DNA from: Mytilus edulis
Lineage: Eukaryota
NCBI RefSeq assembly: GCF_963676685.1
Contig: NC_092355.1
Coordinates: 44,826,001 to 44,890,000, forward strand
Reading direction: 5' to 3'
DNA: 64,000 bases
In this document: positions 26,015 through 38,800 of the stretch, in pieces
How positions within the stretch are numbered: the first letter of the stretch is position 1
Layout of the letters: every line of letters starts with the position of its first letter
Made by a program: the position numbers and the translations under genes
Notes under the pieces: generated by a model
The model's database searches: none
Told to the model about the DNA's origin: nothing
What the model saw: only the letters and a program-made list of their open reading frames with translations

Positions 26015-27094
26015 CATATACACTCTGAATATACAGGCCATAAAAGGCTATAATAAAACTAAAGACTTTGTAAAGTGGATAGTCGCACGACAACGCCGAT
26101 GCTCTATATTTAATAAGAAATAAACACAATTTATACATATATATATATCTACACATATAATATATAATCAAACATCAGTATCAAACAAAAACTCTCCAAA
26201 TAAAAACCTTACTAAACTTTAACCAGAATTAAAATTTACCAAGAAAATTCGACTGCTCAGACTGACGATGTCGTGCTGAATGATTACATAGGCAATACAA
26301 TACCGCGAAAATAATTTTGAAGCGGGAAAACATTTCGCCCTCTATGCTACATATGATGAAACACCCAGGAGAAATTAATTTCATTCTAATGCACTGCCCG
26401 TTTAAATGAATGAAATTAGAATGACTTTATCCTATAATGGTTTACTTTTATAAATTGTAACTTGGATAGCGATTTGTCTCATTAGCACTCAAACCACATA
26501 TTCATGTATCCGTTTTTAAAACAACAAAAAAGTAAGCATATATGTTATTTCTCAATATGTGTTTATCTCTCTAAATAAATGTTTAAATGGCTCGCAAAAT
26601 TATTTTGTAATAGCTTAATTAGCAAATTGGTCAGAATTGGAATGTTTGTATAATTTTGATATTTATGATCGTGAAAGATCAAGACATTTAGTACCACTTT
26701 TTTAAGATAGACAAACGGATCCTGGGATATTCGATTGTTTTATTCATTGCCCCAGAAAAAGCTAGAGGCATTGCAAAATACTAATGCAATGTTCACGAAC
26801 CTAACTATCTGGCAACTCATTATATATGGTTTTAAAAATCTATTATTTCATAATTTATTTGTCCCTTTATTGCTCAATGATTGACAGTATTCAAATCATC
26901 TTATAAATTTATTAAGAATTGGAACGGCGATCGATAGACTGGACCTCCATGACTTTTTCCAGATTTGTTGGGGAATAATTTGTTAAGATATGATGGTTCA
27001 ATTTCGTTTAAATCTGGGTTTTTTTTCAAGACAATGTCGACTAGTCGAGTGGTGTCCTTTACTAATTACTGTACATGTCTTTCCGTCCCTCAAA

Positions 27095-28060
27095 ACCGAC
27101 TCGGTGGTTCCGTGGTAGCGTATTTGCCTCGAATACGGAAGGTCGTCGATGAAGTATGAACAAAATTAAAACAATGACATTGAAACATCGTACAAGCTTC
27201 ATGGTCACTCTTTACAACCTGTCTATAGTGCCAAATACCGAGGCAGCACATTCACATCCGATTTGAAATGGAAAGACAATGTTAACAACATCTACATCAA
27301 AACCAATAGAACAATTGGTTTCCTAAAACGAAACCTGAATTTACGCTCTATTTCTGTAAAGGAACATGCATATAAGGCACTTGTAAAACCTATAACAGAA
27401 TACGGGAGTCCGGTATGGGATCTATACGACAAAACAGAGATTGACTGACTACAGATGATACAAAGACGAGCAGCAAGATATGTGATGAAAAAACACCATA
27501 ATCACTCGAGTGCAAGTAAAATGCTAAAACACTTAGAAAGGAGATCTCTGGAACAAAGGTAAAAAAATGCAAGACTCACCATGCTTTCAAAATTGTTAAT
27601 GACAAAGTTGCAGTGACAAAGGAAGTTCGTCTGATGCCACCTAAACGACTATCAAGAAATATGCAAGGCAGAAGCTTCTGAATGTTAGCTGCATCAAGTG
27701 ATTTCCGGAAATATTCCTTCTTTCAACGTACCATCAAATATGGGAACACTCTCCCTCCTGGAGTTGTATCAGAACCGCCAGTCGAGAATTTTTACGCCTC
27801 GGTGACAAAGCTGATATAAATTCAAACAATATTTGCGGGGGAAAAGGGGGGTCCGTATGCGCACCGAAGTCATGGCAACATATTATGTTTGTTGATTGTG
27901 GCCATTATCCGGTAGAAGTAGAAGTAGAAAACTAGTCGGTTCGGAGTCAGAATAATTTGTCCGGGTAGAATGCGGTGTCTTCCTTCAAACAGTTTCATTG
28001 GCGATAGTCATGGCATCCAAAATGTTTAAACGTGTTCACACTCGGTTCGTGTCGTCACCT
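27095..28060 (+). mobile_element. tRNA-derived Meta-type SINE interrupted by a LINE fragment
   Basis: tRNA-like head 27095-27148 (CGGTGGTTCCGTGGTAGCG...) and a core resembling the Meta domain (TCGGAGTCAGAATAAT) from 27931. Confidence 0.5.
27170..27929 (+). mobile_element. 5'-truncated LINE (CR1/L2-group RT C-terminus), decayed
   Basis: LKWKDNV...IGFLKRNL...AYKALVKPITEYGSPVWD..*LQMIQRRAARYV with stops; (TAGAAG)n tail at ~27912. Confidence 0.8.
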
Positions 28061-28094
28061 GTTTCATGAAGAGAAAAAACAACAACGAAAAACA

Positions 28095-29269
28095 ACGCTA
28101 GCCACTCATTTTTTTTTTTTTTTTTTTCTTACTATGTTTTCGTTACAACGCAAACCTTTGCGATATAACGCAAATATCTTGATTTCAATTATTCATTAAT
28201 TTTTGTATATATGTCTGTCTGTCATTCATTTCGGATGTGATTAACTAGTAGATAAAAAAAAGAAACACATACAAGGCCAAATCATTATAATAAATATGCA
28301 TAGGAATAATGAAATACTTGAAGTGCAATTATACATAAATTAAGACTGATTTGTGCATCAGAAAAGTATATAATTTAACAAGAAAATAGATATAGTTTAG
28401 TATATAGTCATATTTAAATTGAAAGATAAAAAATAATGTCATACAATTGTGAAACCTCCAGGTCAAATAGACAAAATGATCTTTCTGCTTTAAAATGAAT
28501 TATTAATAAGGAAACATTTTTTTTAAATCTCAGAATATGTTCAAGATTCTTTGATAGAAAGTCATTGAATTTTCATTTCAATATAATGAAGTATTTTTAA
28601 GATGCTTGGGTAGCAATTTGCATAGAGAGAACATAATTTTGTTAATAAAACATCTTCATTCTATACATTTATTGTCAAAGGGTAGCTTGTTTGAATCTAA
28701 TCTACTTTACACAGTTCTCAAACCAGAGCTTACTTTGGACAATGTTGGAAGTATATTTATATTCGGCTATAGCTATATTAGCAGGGTTGATATTTTTCTT
28801 AGGTATAACATCAATTTACTCAATTTTCTTTGTAATATATATACTAGTAGTAACATGGATATCGTTTTGGGGGGCCTTTATAGTTTGTTGTTCAGTGTGA
28901 GCCAATGCTCCGTGTTGAAGACCGTACTTTGACCTATGATGGTTTACTAATACGAATAGTGACTTAGATGGAGATTTTTCTTATTGGCACTCATACCACA
29001 TCTTCTTATATTATTCTGCTCATTATTAGTCAATGATATGATATAATTATTCAAGCATTTTACTTTGCAATGACTACAAAGGTGATAAATTTTAATATAT
29101 ACAGCCTCCTCCATTAATAACTACTGTTTCCTTTGAATCTTAAATAAGAAATAAGAACATGTTTGCGTTATAACGCAAAGGTTTGTGTTATGTCGCAAAG
29201 GTTTGCGTTATAACGCAAACATAGGAAGAAAAATTAAAAAAAAGTGTGTGGCGCTAATACGCTTCCTTA
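28095..29269. mobile_element. Degenerate IS3EU-like non-autonomous element upstream of CYP
   Basis: Palindromic subterminal units TTTGCGTTATAACGCAAA at both ends (28135-28175, 29161-29220); right end GTGGCGCTAATACGCTTCCTTA resembles the GCTTCCGTA end at 36484; left terminus eroded. Confidence 0.5.
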
Positions 29270-29296
29270 GAAAAGACAAATATATCTTTTACAGTC

Positions 29297-29303
29297 TATA
29301 AAA
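29297..29303 (+). promoter_or_regulatory. Candidate TATA box of CYP
   Basis: TATAAAA ~215 bp upstream of the ATG; weak evidence in AT-rich DNA. Confidence 0.2.
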
Positions 29304-29512
29304 GATCACTTAGCCTTCACCTAGTTAACAAGAAGTAATAACATAACATGTTTATTTATAGTGCATGATAAACATGATAAAGGGTATCACAGTCATGAGA
29401 TTTTTAGATAACAAACAGTATAGAACAGTATAGAAGTAAACAGTTCTGTGTTTATTGATAACTCAGAACTTATTGTGAACGCTGTATTTCCTTGTTTGAC
29501 CTCCACAACAGC

Positions 29513-29885
29513 ATGTTGGGCCATTGTTTTAACCTATTTAACTATTTGAATTTATCTTCATTTTTTATATTAACAATAGTTTTATCAACAACTTACATTA
29601 TGTGGAATACTTACTTAAATGGCAGAGTGAATATTCCTGGACCTATACCATGGCCAATTGTTGGAAACCTTCCGATGTTACTACGAACCAAGAACCCGAA
29701 CATACTGTTCTTAGAATTGAAAATGAAGTATGGAAATATTGTATATTTCACACTTGGATCACAGCCTTTTGTACTTTGTTTCGGATTTAAATTAATACAC
29801 GATGTCCTGGTAAAATATGGCGACAAAACTAAGTTCAGACCGCTATGGCTACGATCATTCGTTAAGCTGTTTAAAGGACAAACTA
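29513..29885 (+). CDS. CYP exon 1
   Basis: ATG 29513; membrane anchor, PGP-WPIVGNL; donor gtaagt, phase 1. Confidence 0.92.
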
Positions 29886-32800
29886 GTAAGTTGTTTAGTA
29901 CTTGGTGATACACATTACAATATGTCTGCTTGGTTTTCACGCCCAGTAGCAAATATTACAAGCATATTAAAATACAATAACATAAATACCATGAAACTCT
30001 TAAATCAAACGTATGCATGCTAAATACAATTTAGAAGATAAAACTAAAAGTCTGCAAGTAATTACCCTTTCAGATATATATGGAAGTTTTTAACGACCTT
30101 GACTAGCTATTTACAGCCCTTGCACGGTTGGTAACCTTCAGAGGGGGAGGGAGAAGGTGTTCGTGGTATTTGATCTTTGGTTGGCTATGAGCGTTCATGA
30201 CTTTTCGTTGTTGTACCATTTTTAGCATGGCCCGTGTTAGTTTGCCTTCGACTTGGTATATTCCACATCCTGTTATAATGACATACTTTTTTAACAATAG
30301 AAATTAATGTTTATTGAGGGTTTGTATTTTTTTGCCTATCATTCTCTTTTCTCTATATTTTATCACCCTTTTATTCTCTATGCTTGATACTTTAGCACCG
30401 AAATATTCTCTATTCTTTATATTATTTCCTATTCTTAATTTTGTTTGCCTTTTTACTCTATACTGTTCCCCTATTAGTTCTTTAGAATTGGCCCATTGTT
30501 CTATGTTCTCTATATTTTATCACCCAATTTTTCTCTATGCTTAATACTTAAGCACCAAAAATTCTTTATATTATTCTCTATACTTTATATTTTTTGGTCC
30601 TTTTACTGTTCCCCTAATTGTTCTATTTCTACTTTATACTGTTACCGTACTTGTTTTGTAGAAATGACTCATTACTCTCTATTCTTTATTGTTTGGCCTT
30701 TTACTCTATACTGTTCCCCTACTTGTTCTGTAGAATTGGCCCATTATTCTCTATTCTTCATTTTTTTGGCCTTTTACTTTATATTGTTTCCCTACTTGTT
30801 CTATAGAAATGATAGAAAATTCTTTATATTATTCTCTATACTTTATATTTTTTTTGTCCTTTTACTGTTCCCCTAATTGTTCTATTTCTACTTTATACTG
30901 TTCCCTATTTGTTCTATAGAATTGGCCCATTACTTTCTATTCTTTATGTTTTGTCCTTTTACTTTATAGTGTTCAACTATTTGTTCTGTAGAAATGACTC
31001 ATTATTCTCTATTCTTCATTTTTTGGCCTTTTACTTTATATTGTTTCCCTACTTGTTCTATAGAAATGATAGAAAATTCTTTATATTATTCTCTATACTT
31101 TATATTTTTTTTGTCCTTTTACTGTTCCCCTAATTGTTCTATTTCTACTTTATACTGTTCCCTATTTGTTCTATAGAATTGGCCCATTACTTTCTATTCT
31201 TTATGTTTTGTCCTTTTACTTTATAGTGTTCAACTATTTGTTCTGTAGAAATGACTCATTATTCTCTATTCTTCATTTTTTGGCCTTTTACTTTATATTG
31301 TTTCCCTACTTGTTCTATAGAAATGATAGAAAATTCTTTATATTATTCTCTATACTTTATATTTTTTTTGTCCTTTTACTGTTCCCCTAATTGTTCTATT
31401 TCTACTTTATACTGTTCCCTATTTGTTCTATAGAATTGGCCCATTACTTTCTATTCTTTATGTTTTGTCCTTTTACTTTATAGTGTTCAACTATTTGTTT
31501 TGTAGAAATGACCCATTACTCTCTATTCTTCATTTTTTGGCCCTTTACTTTATACGGTTCCCCTACTTGTTCTGAAGAGTTGGTCCATTATTCTCCATTT
31601 TTTATTGTTTGGCCTTTTACTCTATACTGTTCCCCTTCTTGTTCTGTAGAATTGGCCCATTACTCTTTATTTTTAGCCTTTTACTTTATACTGTTCCCAT
31701 ATTTGTTCTGTAGAAATGGCCAATTACTCTCTTTTTTTAATTTTTTTTTTGACCTTTTACTTTATACTGTTCCCCTATTTGTTCTGTAGAATTGACTCAT
31801 TACTCTCTATTCTTTATGTTTTGGCCTTTTACTTTATACTGTTCCCCTACTTGTTTTGTAGGTCAAAACATAATGAATAGAGAATAATGGGCCAATTCTA
31901 CAGAACAATTAGGGGAACAGTAAAAGGACAAAAAATATAAAGTATAGAGAATAATATAAAGAATTTTCGGTGCTTAAGTATCAAGCATAGAGAATAATTG
32001 GGTGATAAAATATAGAGAACATAGAATAATGGGCCAATTCTACAGAACAATTAGGGGAACAGTAAAAGGACAAAAAATATAAAGTATAGAGAATAATATA
32101 AAGAATTTTCGGTGCTTAAGTATCAAGCATAGAGAATAATTGGGTGATAAAATATAGAGAACATAGAATAATGGGCCAATTCTACAGAACAATTAGGGGA
32201 ACAGTAAAAGGACAAAAAATATAAAGTATAGAGAATAATATAAAGAATTTTCGGTGCTTAAGTATCAAGCATAGAGAATAATTGGGTGATAAAATATAGA
32301 GAACATAGAATAATGGGCCAATTCTACAGAACAAATAGGGGGATTGTATAAAGTAAAAGGCCAAAACATAAAGAATAGAAAATAATTGGTCATTTCTACA
32401 GAACATGTAGGGGAACAGTATAATGTAAAAGGCCAAAAATAAAGAATAGAGATTAATTGGCCAATTCTACAGAACAAATAGGGTAACAATATTATTTGTT
32501 TGGCCTTTTACTTCATACTGTTCCCTTATTTGGCCCATTACTCTTTTTTTGGCCTTTTACGTTATACTGTTTACCTACTTGTACTGTAGCATTGGCTAAG
32601 TACTCTTTTTTTTTCTTCTTTTTTTGTCCTTTTACTTTATACTGCTACCTTATTTGATGTAGAATTGGCCAATTACTCTTTATTCTGTAGACCCCATCCA
32701 GACCCTCTTACTATTAAACTTTATGTATATACCGTGTGACATGTACACAGGACATATTCTGAAAAACAAACATTTATGTATTGAGTTAGCTACGGAAGCC

Positions 32801-35800
32801 GATAAGGGCCATTCAAAAAAAAAAATTATGTCGTAATTACGACATAGCATGTCGTAATTTCGACATAACATGTCGTTATTACGACATCGCTATGTCGTAA
32901 TTTCGACTCAACATGTCGTTATAACGACATCGCTATGTCGTAATTTCGACATAACATGTCGTTATTACGACATCGCTATGTCGTAATTTCGACATAACAT
33001 GTCGTTATAACGACATCGCTATGTCGTAATTTCGACATATCATGTCGTAATAACGACATCACTATGTCGTTAAAACGACATAGCTATCGCTATATATAAA
33101 AGAATATGTATTATGATTGCCAAGAGACTAAATGACACAGAAATTAACAACTATAGGTCATCATAATGCCCCCAATAATTAGAAAAGCCCTACATAGTCA
33201 GCTATACAAGAGGGAGGAAAGATACCAGAGGAAGAGCCCCCGAAATGCTGTGTGGCAGACAGTGTTATAATTAATTATTAGCTCCCTTGGTAAAACTCCA
33301 AATTTTATATTTAATGTATTTCATTGTTAAATAATTTACATGAAGCTTAATAAGTACATATTTGTGAATTGCATAGACTTTGCTATTTGAATCCATTGGT
33401 TAAAGATATTCATTTATATTGTAAAGTTTAATATTTGCATCGTCGCAAAATCTTTGGTTACCTTCTTTGAATAGATTCAGTGAGAAACTTATATATTTTA
33501 TAGATCCCATGTAACAATACCGACCCGACCGTGTATGTTAGGTCAAACAATCATTCCTACCAAAGCAAGTCAAGCTGTTCATCTCCCTACAAATAAGTGC
33601 AAACTTCAAGGCTTTTTGCGAAAAGTTTGAATTGAAGTCTTGATTGCTCTATTTCTAATTTCAAACGTTGGGCACGATGTTCCTACAACGCCTAGGATTT
33701 AAAACAGAATCTTCGAAATTTCATTCGCAAAACAAAATAAAAATAAAAATGTTAGAAAACACGAAACAATATTGTAACAAATTCAGTATATGTTTTAAAT
33801 TATGTTTTTACAGCTCTTGATCATATACTAAGTAATATCTAGTTTATTTGAGGATTAAAATAAGACAGCTATTTAAAAAAAAGAATGTCCAACGTTACAT
33901 TTAAGAAAAACTGTTTTAACTCTTATGTATAGTGATCCCATTTCTTATTCTCTGATCTTCTTGATTCTTGGCAGGAACAACGACATGTGTTGGTTCTCTG
34001 TGCCGTTAAAGCCGTTATTTTGCCAAATTTCATTTGACTCGGTGGCTGCATATTAAGCTGGAATAAAAAAAATGTCCAACGACGTTTTTCATTAACTCAA
34101 CATCTGAAAGTGAATTTTATAAGTAGATATAGCAGAAAATGAATTAAAAGAGTAAGACAATAATAATATCTAACAAAAGTACAAATATTTGCCTCATGTG
34201 AGTTCAAATATTGCTGATTCAATAAAATCTTCTCTACACAGTCGTTTTTCAAACGGTAGCCATTTTGTCCAAGTTGATATTTCATTTTTCAAATCAGTTA
34301 ACGCGTATTTTTTATAATTGAAAAGAACAAAAGTTAGATACACGAAGAGTAAAAATGCCAAGATTCTTTTCTTATTACCTACATATTTAGGTCTTAAAGG
34401 AATAAAATGCTTCCACACATTACAAAACGGTAGCCAATTTGTCCAAACGTCTGAAAACGCCTAAAATCCTAAAGACGCTAATTTCCGACGTTACATGTGC
34501 TAAAGTTTCAATTAAATGTTCAGGATAATTAAAACAAATCATGTTATGAAATTTGGAAAAAGAGGTTGATGATTGCTGCCGAAAAAAAAGAATAATGCAT
34601 GTTGCTATAGACTCCGCCCGGGAACATAGGTTCGACACAGGTTAAATTTTGCAATTTTTATTAATCGTTTATAGCTTTTAACGATTTATTTAAAAGAATT
34701 GGGAAATGGGGAAAACATTCCATTACATGAACTTCGTCCAACTTTTGCAAAGACAAATTGGAGACACCAAGACAGTCTCTAAATGTAAAATGCGAATTGA
34801 AATTTATGTTACGGAAGTTCTCCGAAATAGATCATTTAAAGTCGTCACTTCAGTAAGGTGCAATCACCAATATTAAAAGACTTAATACCAGTTCACGGAA
34901 TGTTTTACTTCGCGATTTGTCCTGCTATTCATGTTATAACAGTCGTGATGAAAGTAATTCCTGTACTAGCGAAGCCGGAACTTTTCGTCAATATAAACTT
35001 GTGCATGAAATGGAGGTAATTGAAAGACGAATCCCAAACAGCAACGAAAACCGTTTCATCGAATTGATAAAAACCCGGGATTATATTTGCCGTTTTCGCG
35101 GACGATCCAGGAGTAGATTACTATATTTTAGAATGTATATCAGAAGTTAAACGCTATATATGACTTGAGAAATGATTCTCAAGCCAAGGTTCAAGTAATT
35201 GAAGGAGTGTATTTCGACAACTTATTTGCTAGGGAAAATACAAATTTAACCAAGGGTAAAAATGTTCGATTTACTTGCAGAGTGTCAGATATATTTGTAT
35301 TGATTGAATTAAGATATAGAAATTTTACAATGGCAGATGATATGCACCTTGAAAGTTAAACATCCTATGATAAAACAAAAATATGGAAAACCGTATACAT
35401 GTACTTCCGTCCCATCTTTCCTTCCTACATTACTTGCGACAGTACTGCATTTTTAGTTTCCACAACTCGAGGTAATGTTTTATAAAATGACATCACAAAA
35501 CGAACAGAACCAGAATCAACCAACAATATAAAAAAACCGAATAAAACTTGCAAAAATTAGACGAAGTCACAAACCCTCTTCGACACCGCAATGTGAAAGT
35601 GTAACGTCGTGTTGTAGGAATGTCGTGCCCAACGTTTGAAAGTAGAAATAGAGCTATCAATACTTCAATTCACCCTTATTACAAGAAGCCATGTAGTTTG
35701 CGCAGATATAAAGGGAGATGGAATGATTGGCATGCAATGTCAGTCCTCATATATTTCCACGTCTTATTTGTCTATTTCAAAGTGGTCTGACTGAACAGCC

Positions 35801-38800
35801 CTTCCACGGCAGGTATCTTATAAAACTTAAATGGGATTTTAAAAATATATAAGTTTCTCACTGAAGGTATCCAAAGAAGGTAACCAAAGATTTTGCGACG
35901 ATGCAAATATTAAACTTTACAATATAAATAAAAAACCTTTAACCAATGAATTCAAATAGCAAAAGCTATGCAATTAACAAATATATACTTATTAAGCTTC
36001 ATGTAAATTATTTAACAATAAAATACATTAAATATGAAATTTGGAGTTTTACCAAGGGAGCTAATAATTAATTAATAACACTGTCTGCCACACAGCATTT
36101 CGGGGACTCTCCCTTTGGTATCTTTCCTCCCTCTTTTATAGCTGACTAATCGGGGGCTTTTCTAATTATTGGGGGCATTATGATGACCTATAGTTGTTAA
36201 TTTCTGTGTCATTTAGTCTCTTGGCAATCATAATACATATTCTTTTATATATAGCGATGTCGTTATTACTATATAGCTATGTCGTTTTAACGACATAGTG
36301 ATGTCGTTATTACGACATGATATGTCGAAATTACGACATAGCGATGTCGTTATAACGACATGTTATGTCGAAATTACGACATAGCGATGTTGTAATAACG
36401 ACATGTTATGTCGAAATTACGACATGCTATGTCGTAATTACGACATAAAATTTTTTTTTTGAATGGCCCTTATCGGCTTCCGTAGTTAGCTGAATTATCA
36501 GTTGATTTTTTTTTTATTAAAGAAAGGCACTTATTTGACAGAGTTAAAGTCACAGCGGACATGATATTAGAATATAACTGCTGGTGAATTTATAGGTTTT
36601 TATTTCTTTTATCAGTTTTTCAGAAAAGAAAAAAAGTTCTTCGAAAAAATGCTCTTTTACATGGTGATCGTTTTTTTTTTCTTTTCTTCTTCTTATATGT
36701 GACCAGCCACGACATATCCAGGCTGAGGAGGGTACATTGTCTAAAATTTGCTTTTTGTATATTTACCTACAATATTCCGAAACAAAACTCTCTGCCATGG
36801 TATTATGACATATTTGTTGTAATAGCAATGAAACGAGTCATATCGAATACCGGTATGAAAATGAGACTGTTCTACGACGACTTTTATTTATAGAATGCAC
36901 TAATTTATAAAACACAAAATTATTGTATTTATTGGCTCTTAGTGATGTTCAATAGAGTATTTGAATAAAATTTCAAAGAGTTAAATTTACTACAATTAAC
37001 TTGTTGAAATGAGGTAAGTTTAAAATTTGTCAAAGTAAGCTTTAAGAATTCCTTTTTTTAATTTAGATTTATTATGCACACATGTCTCTAAACATAGTAT
37101 GAGACGCGTAACAGTTTATAAGTAGGTGTTCTCATATATGTATTTGATACAGTGCATTTATTATGGATATATTTCAGACTTCATTTATGAAAGAAAATCT
37201 TTAATTTTGTTTGTTTGTAGCTCTATTTTAGAACACGTAATTTAAAGTTGTTGAAATGAAGTTATTTTAAAATTTGCCAAAGTAAGCTTTAAGAATTCCT
37301 CTTTGTAATTTAGATTTATTATGCATGTCTCTATACAAAGTATGCGACGCGTAACAGTTTATAAGTAGGTGTTCTCTTATATGCATTTGATACGGTGCAT
37401 TTATTATGGATATATTTCAGACTTCATTTATGAAAGGAAATCTATAGAGCAGAAATTTGATTGTTTTCGTATCAATTTAAAATGTAGATTCAATTTCACT
37501 TCAAACGATAAAGTAAAACTTCTTCAAAACTTATATATGATGTATAGTTCGGCGTCCGCAAAAAAGAAGCCAAGAAAAGTGTTTATCTCTTCTTCACAAA
37601 TACGTATTTCATTGAATCTCGATATTTATCATGTTTATAAATTTTCTTACAATGACGTTCTACCTCCATAAGCCTGCAAATGTCATGGCGGGTCACATAT
37701 TGGCATGATAGTTTCAATTTTGTATCATTTAATCTACGACTCATTTTAGGTTTAGTGTTTAGCAATGGACAAGAATGGGTAGCTGGACGAAAATTTACTG
37801 CTGCAGCATTAAAAGATTTTGGGGTTGGAACAAAATCGATTGAAGAGAGAATTCACGAGGAAACACGATACCTGATTGATTTTTTCTCCAAAAGTCAAAA
37901 TTCTTCAATCGATGCTAGCAAACTATTTCCGAAAGTCGCATCGAATGTTGTTTCAAATATCATTTTCGGGGAACGGTTTGTATAAACATTATAGTAATTA
38001 AAAATATGATATTATTGTATATTACTTAAGAAGGAAAAAAAAAACAAACACTTTTTAGCGACCATTTTAATATGATAAGCACAGGGTATAAACTGAACTG
38101 ACAAAGTGATCCGAAAATTTTATCAGTTAAAATGATGGGATGGGATCTGCAAACAGTACCATTCTTTCACGTGGACAAATATATATGTGTGCAATCTAAA
38201 AAAAAGTATACTAGTATGTGAAGTTTAATTGATGAAGACTAAAAATTGAATTGATTACAAAGCAAAGTACCTACTATACACCGCCTGCCAACCCGATCGT
38301 ATATCGTCTACTTTTTTTTTTAGAAAAGGGATGCTATTACTTCATATAAGAAATAAAGAAGAACTCACTGCAAGATCACACATTAAAATGGTACCAGTTT
38401 CCAATTCGATAATTTTCTGTTTAAACATGAACTATGTTTGAATAATGCATGCGAGTAAATTTCTACACTTAAGTTATCATTAATATATATTAACAACCGG
38501 TGTAGCAGACATCATTCTTAGTATTCTATTATTGTTCATAAAGGTTTCAGTGTACAACACATTTCTGCATACCGGTAACACACTGAAATGGGTGGAAATT
38601 TCACAGTTACCTTTAAAGGCTGGCTCAAATATTCACGATTTTTACTGCCGTCCTTGCAGCATTACCGATAATAATTTGTTAAAAGTCTGATCAAGATCTT
38701 GTAAATCGTGAATGGAAATTCAAACTTTTAATAAAATTTGTGAAAACATTTATTTTTATAAAGTCTGATCAAGATCTTGTAAATCGTGAATGGAAATTCC

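Noticed and set aside
27095-27148. tRNA gene
   Set aside because: Only an A-box-like 5' half is present, with no cloverleaf; better explained as a SINE head
30314-32489. Many hydrophobic F/Y/L-rich ORFs
   Set aside because: Translations of an intronic AT-rich minisatellite
32829-33090. Palindromic 21-23-bp array as a CRISPR or operator array
   Set aside because: No spacers; it is mirrored at ~36255-36447 as part of the transposon arms
33700-35600. Transposase gene in the spacer of the IS3EU-like element
   Set aside because: Only short ORFs (<80 aa) with no DDE or HTH motif that I can recognise
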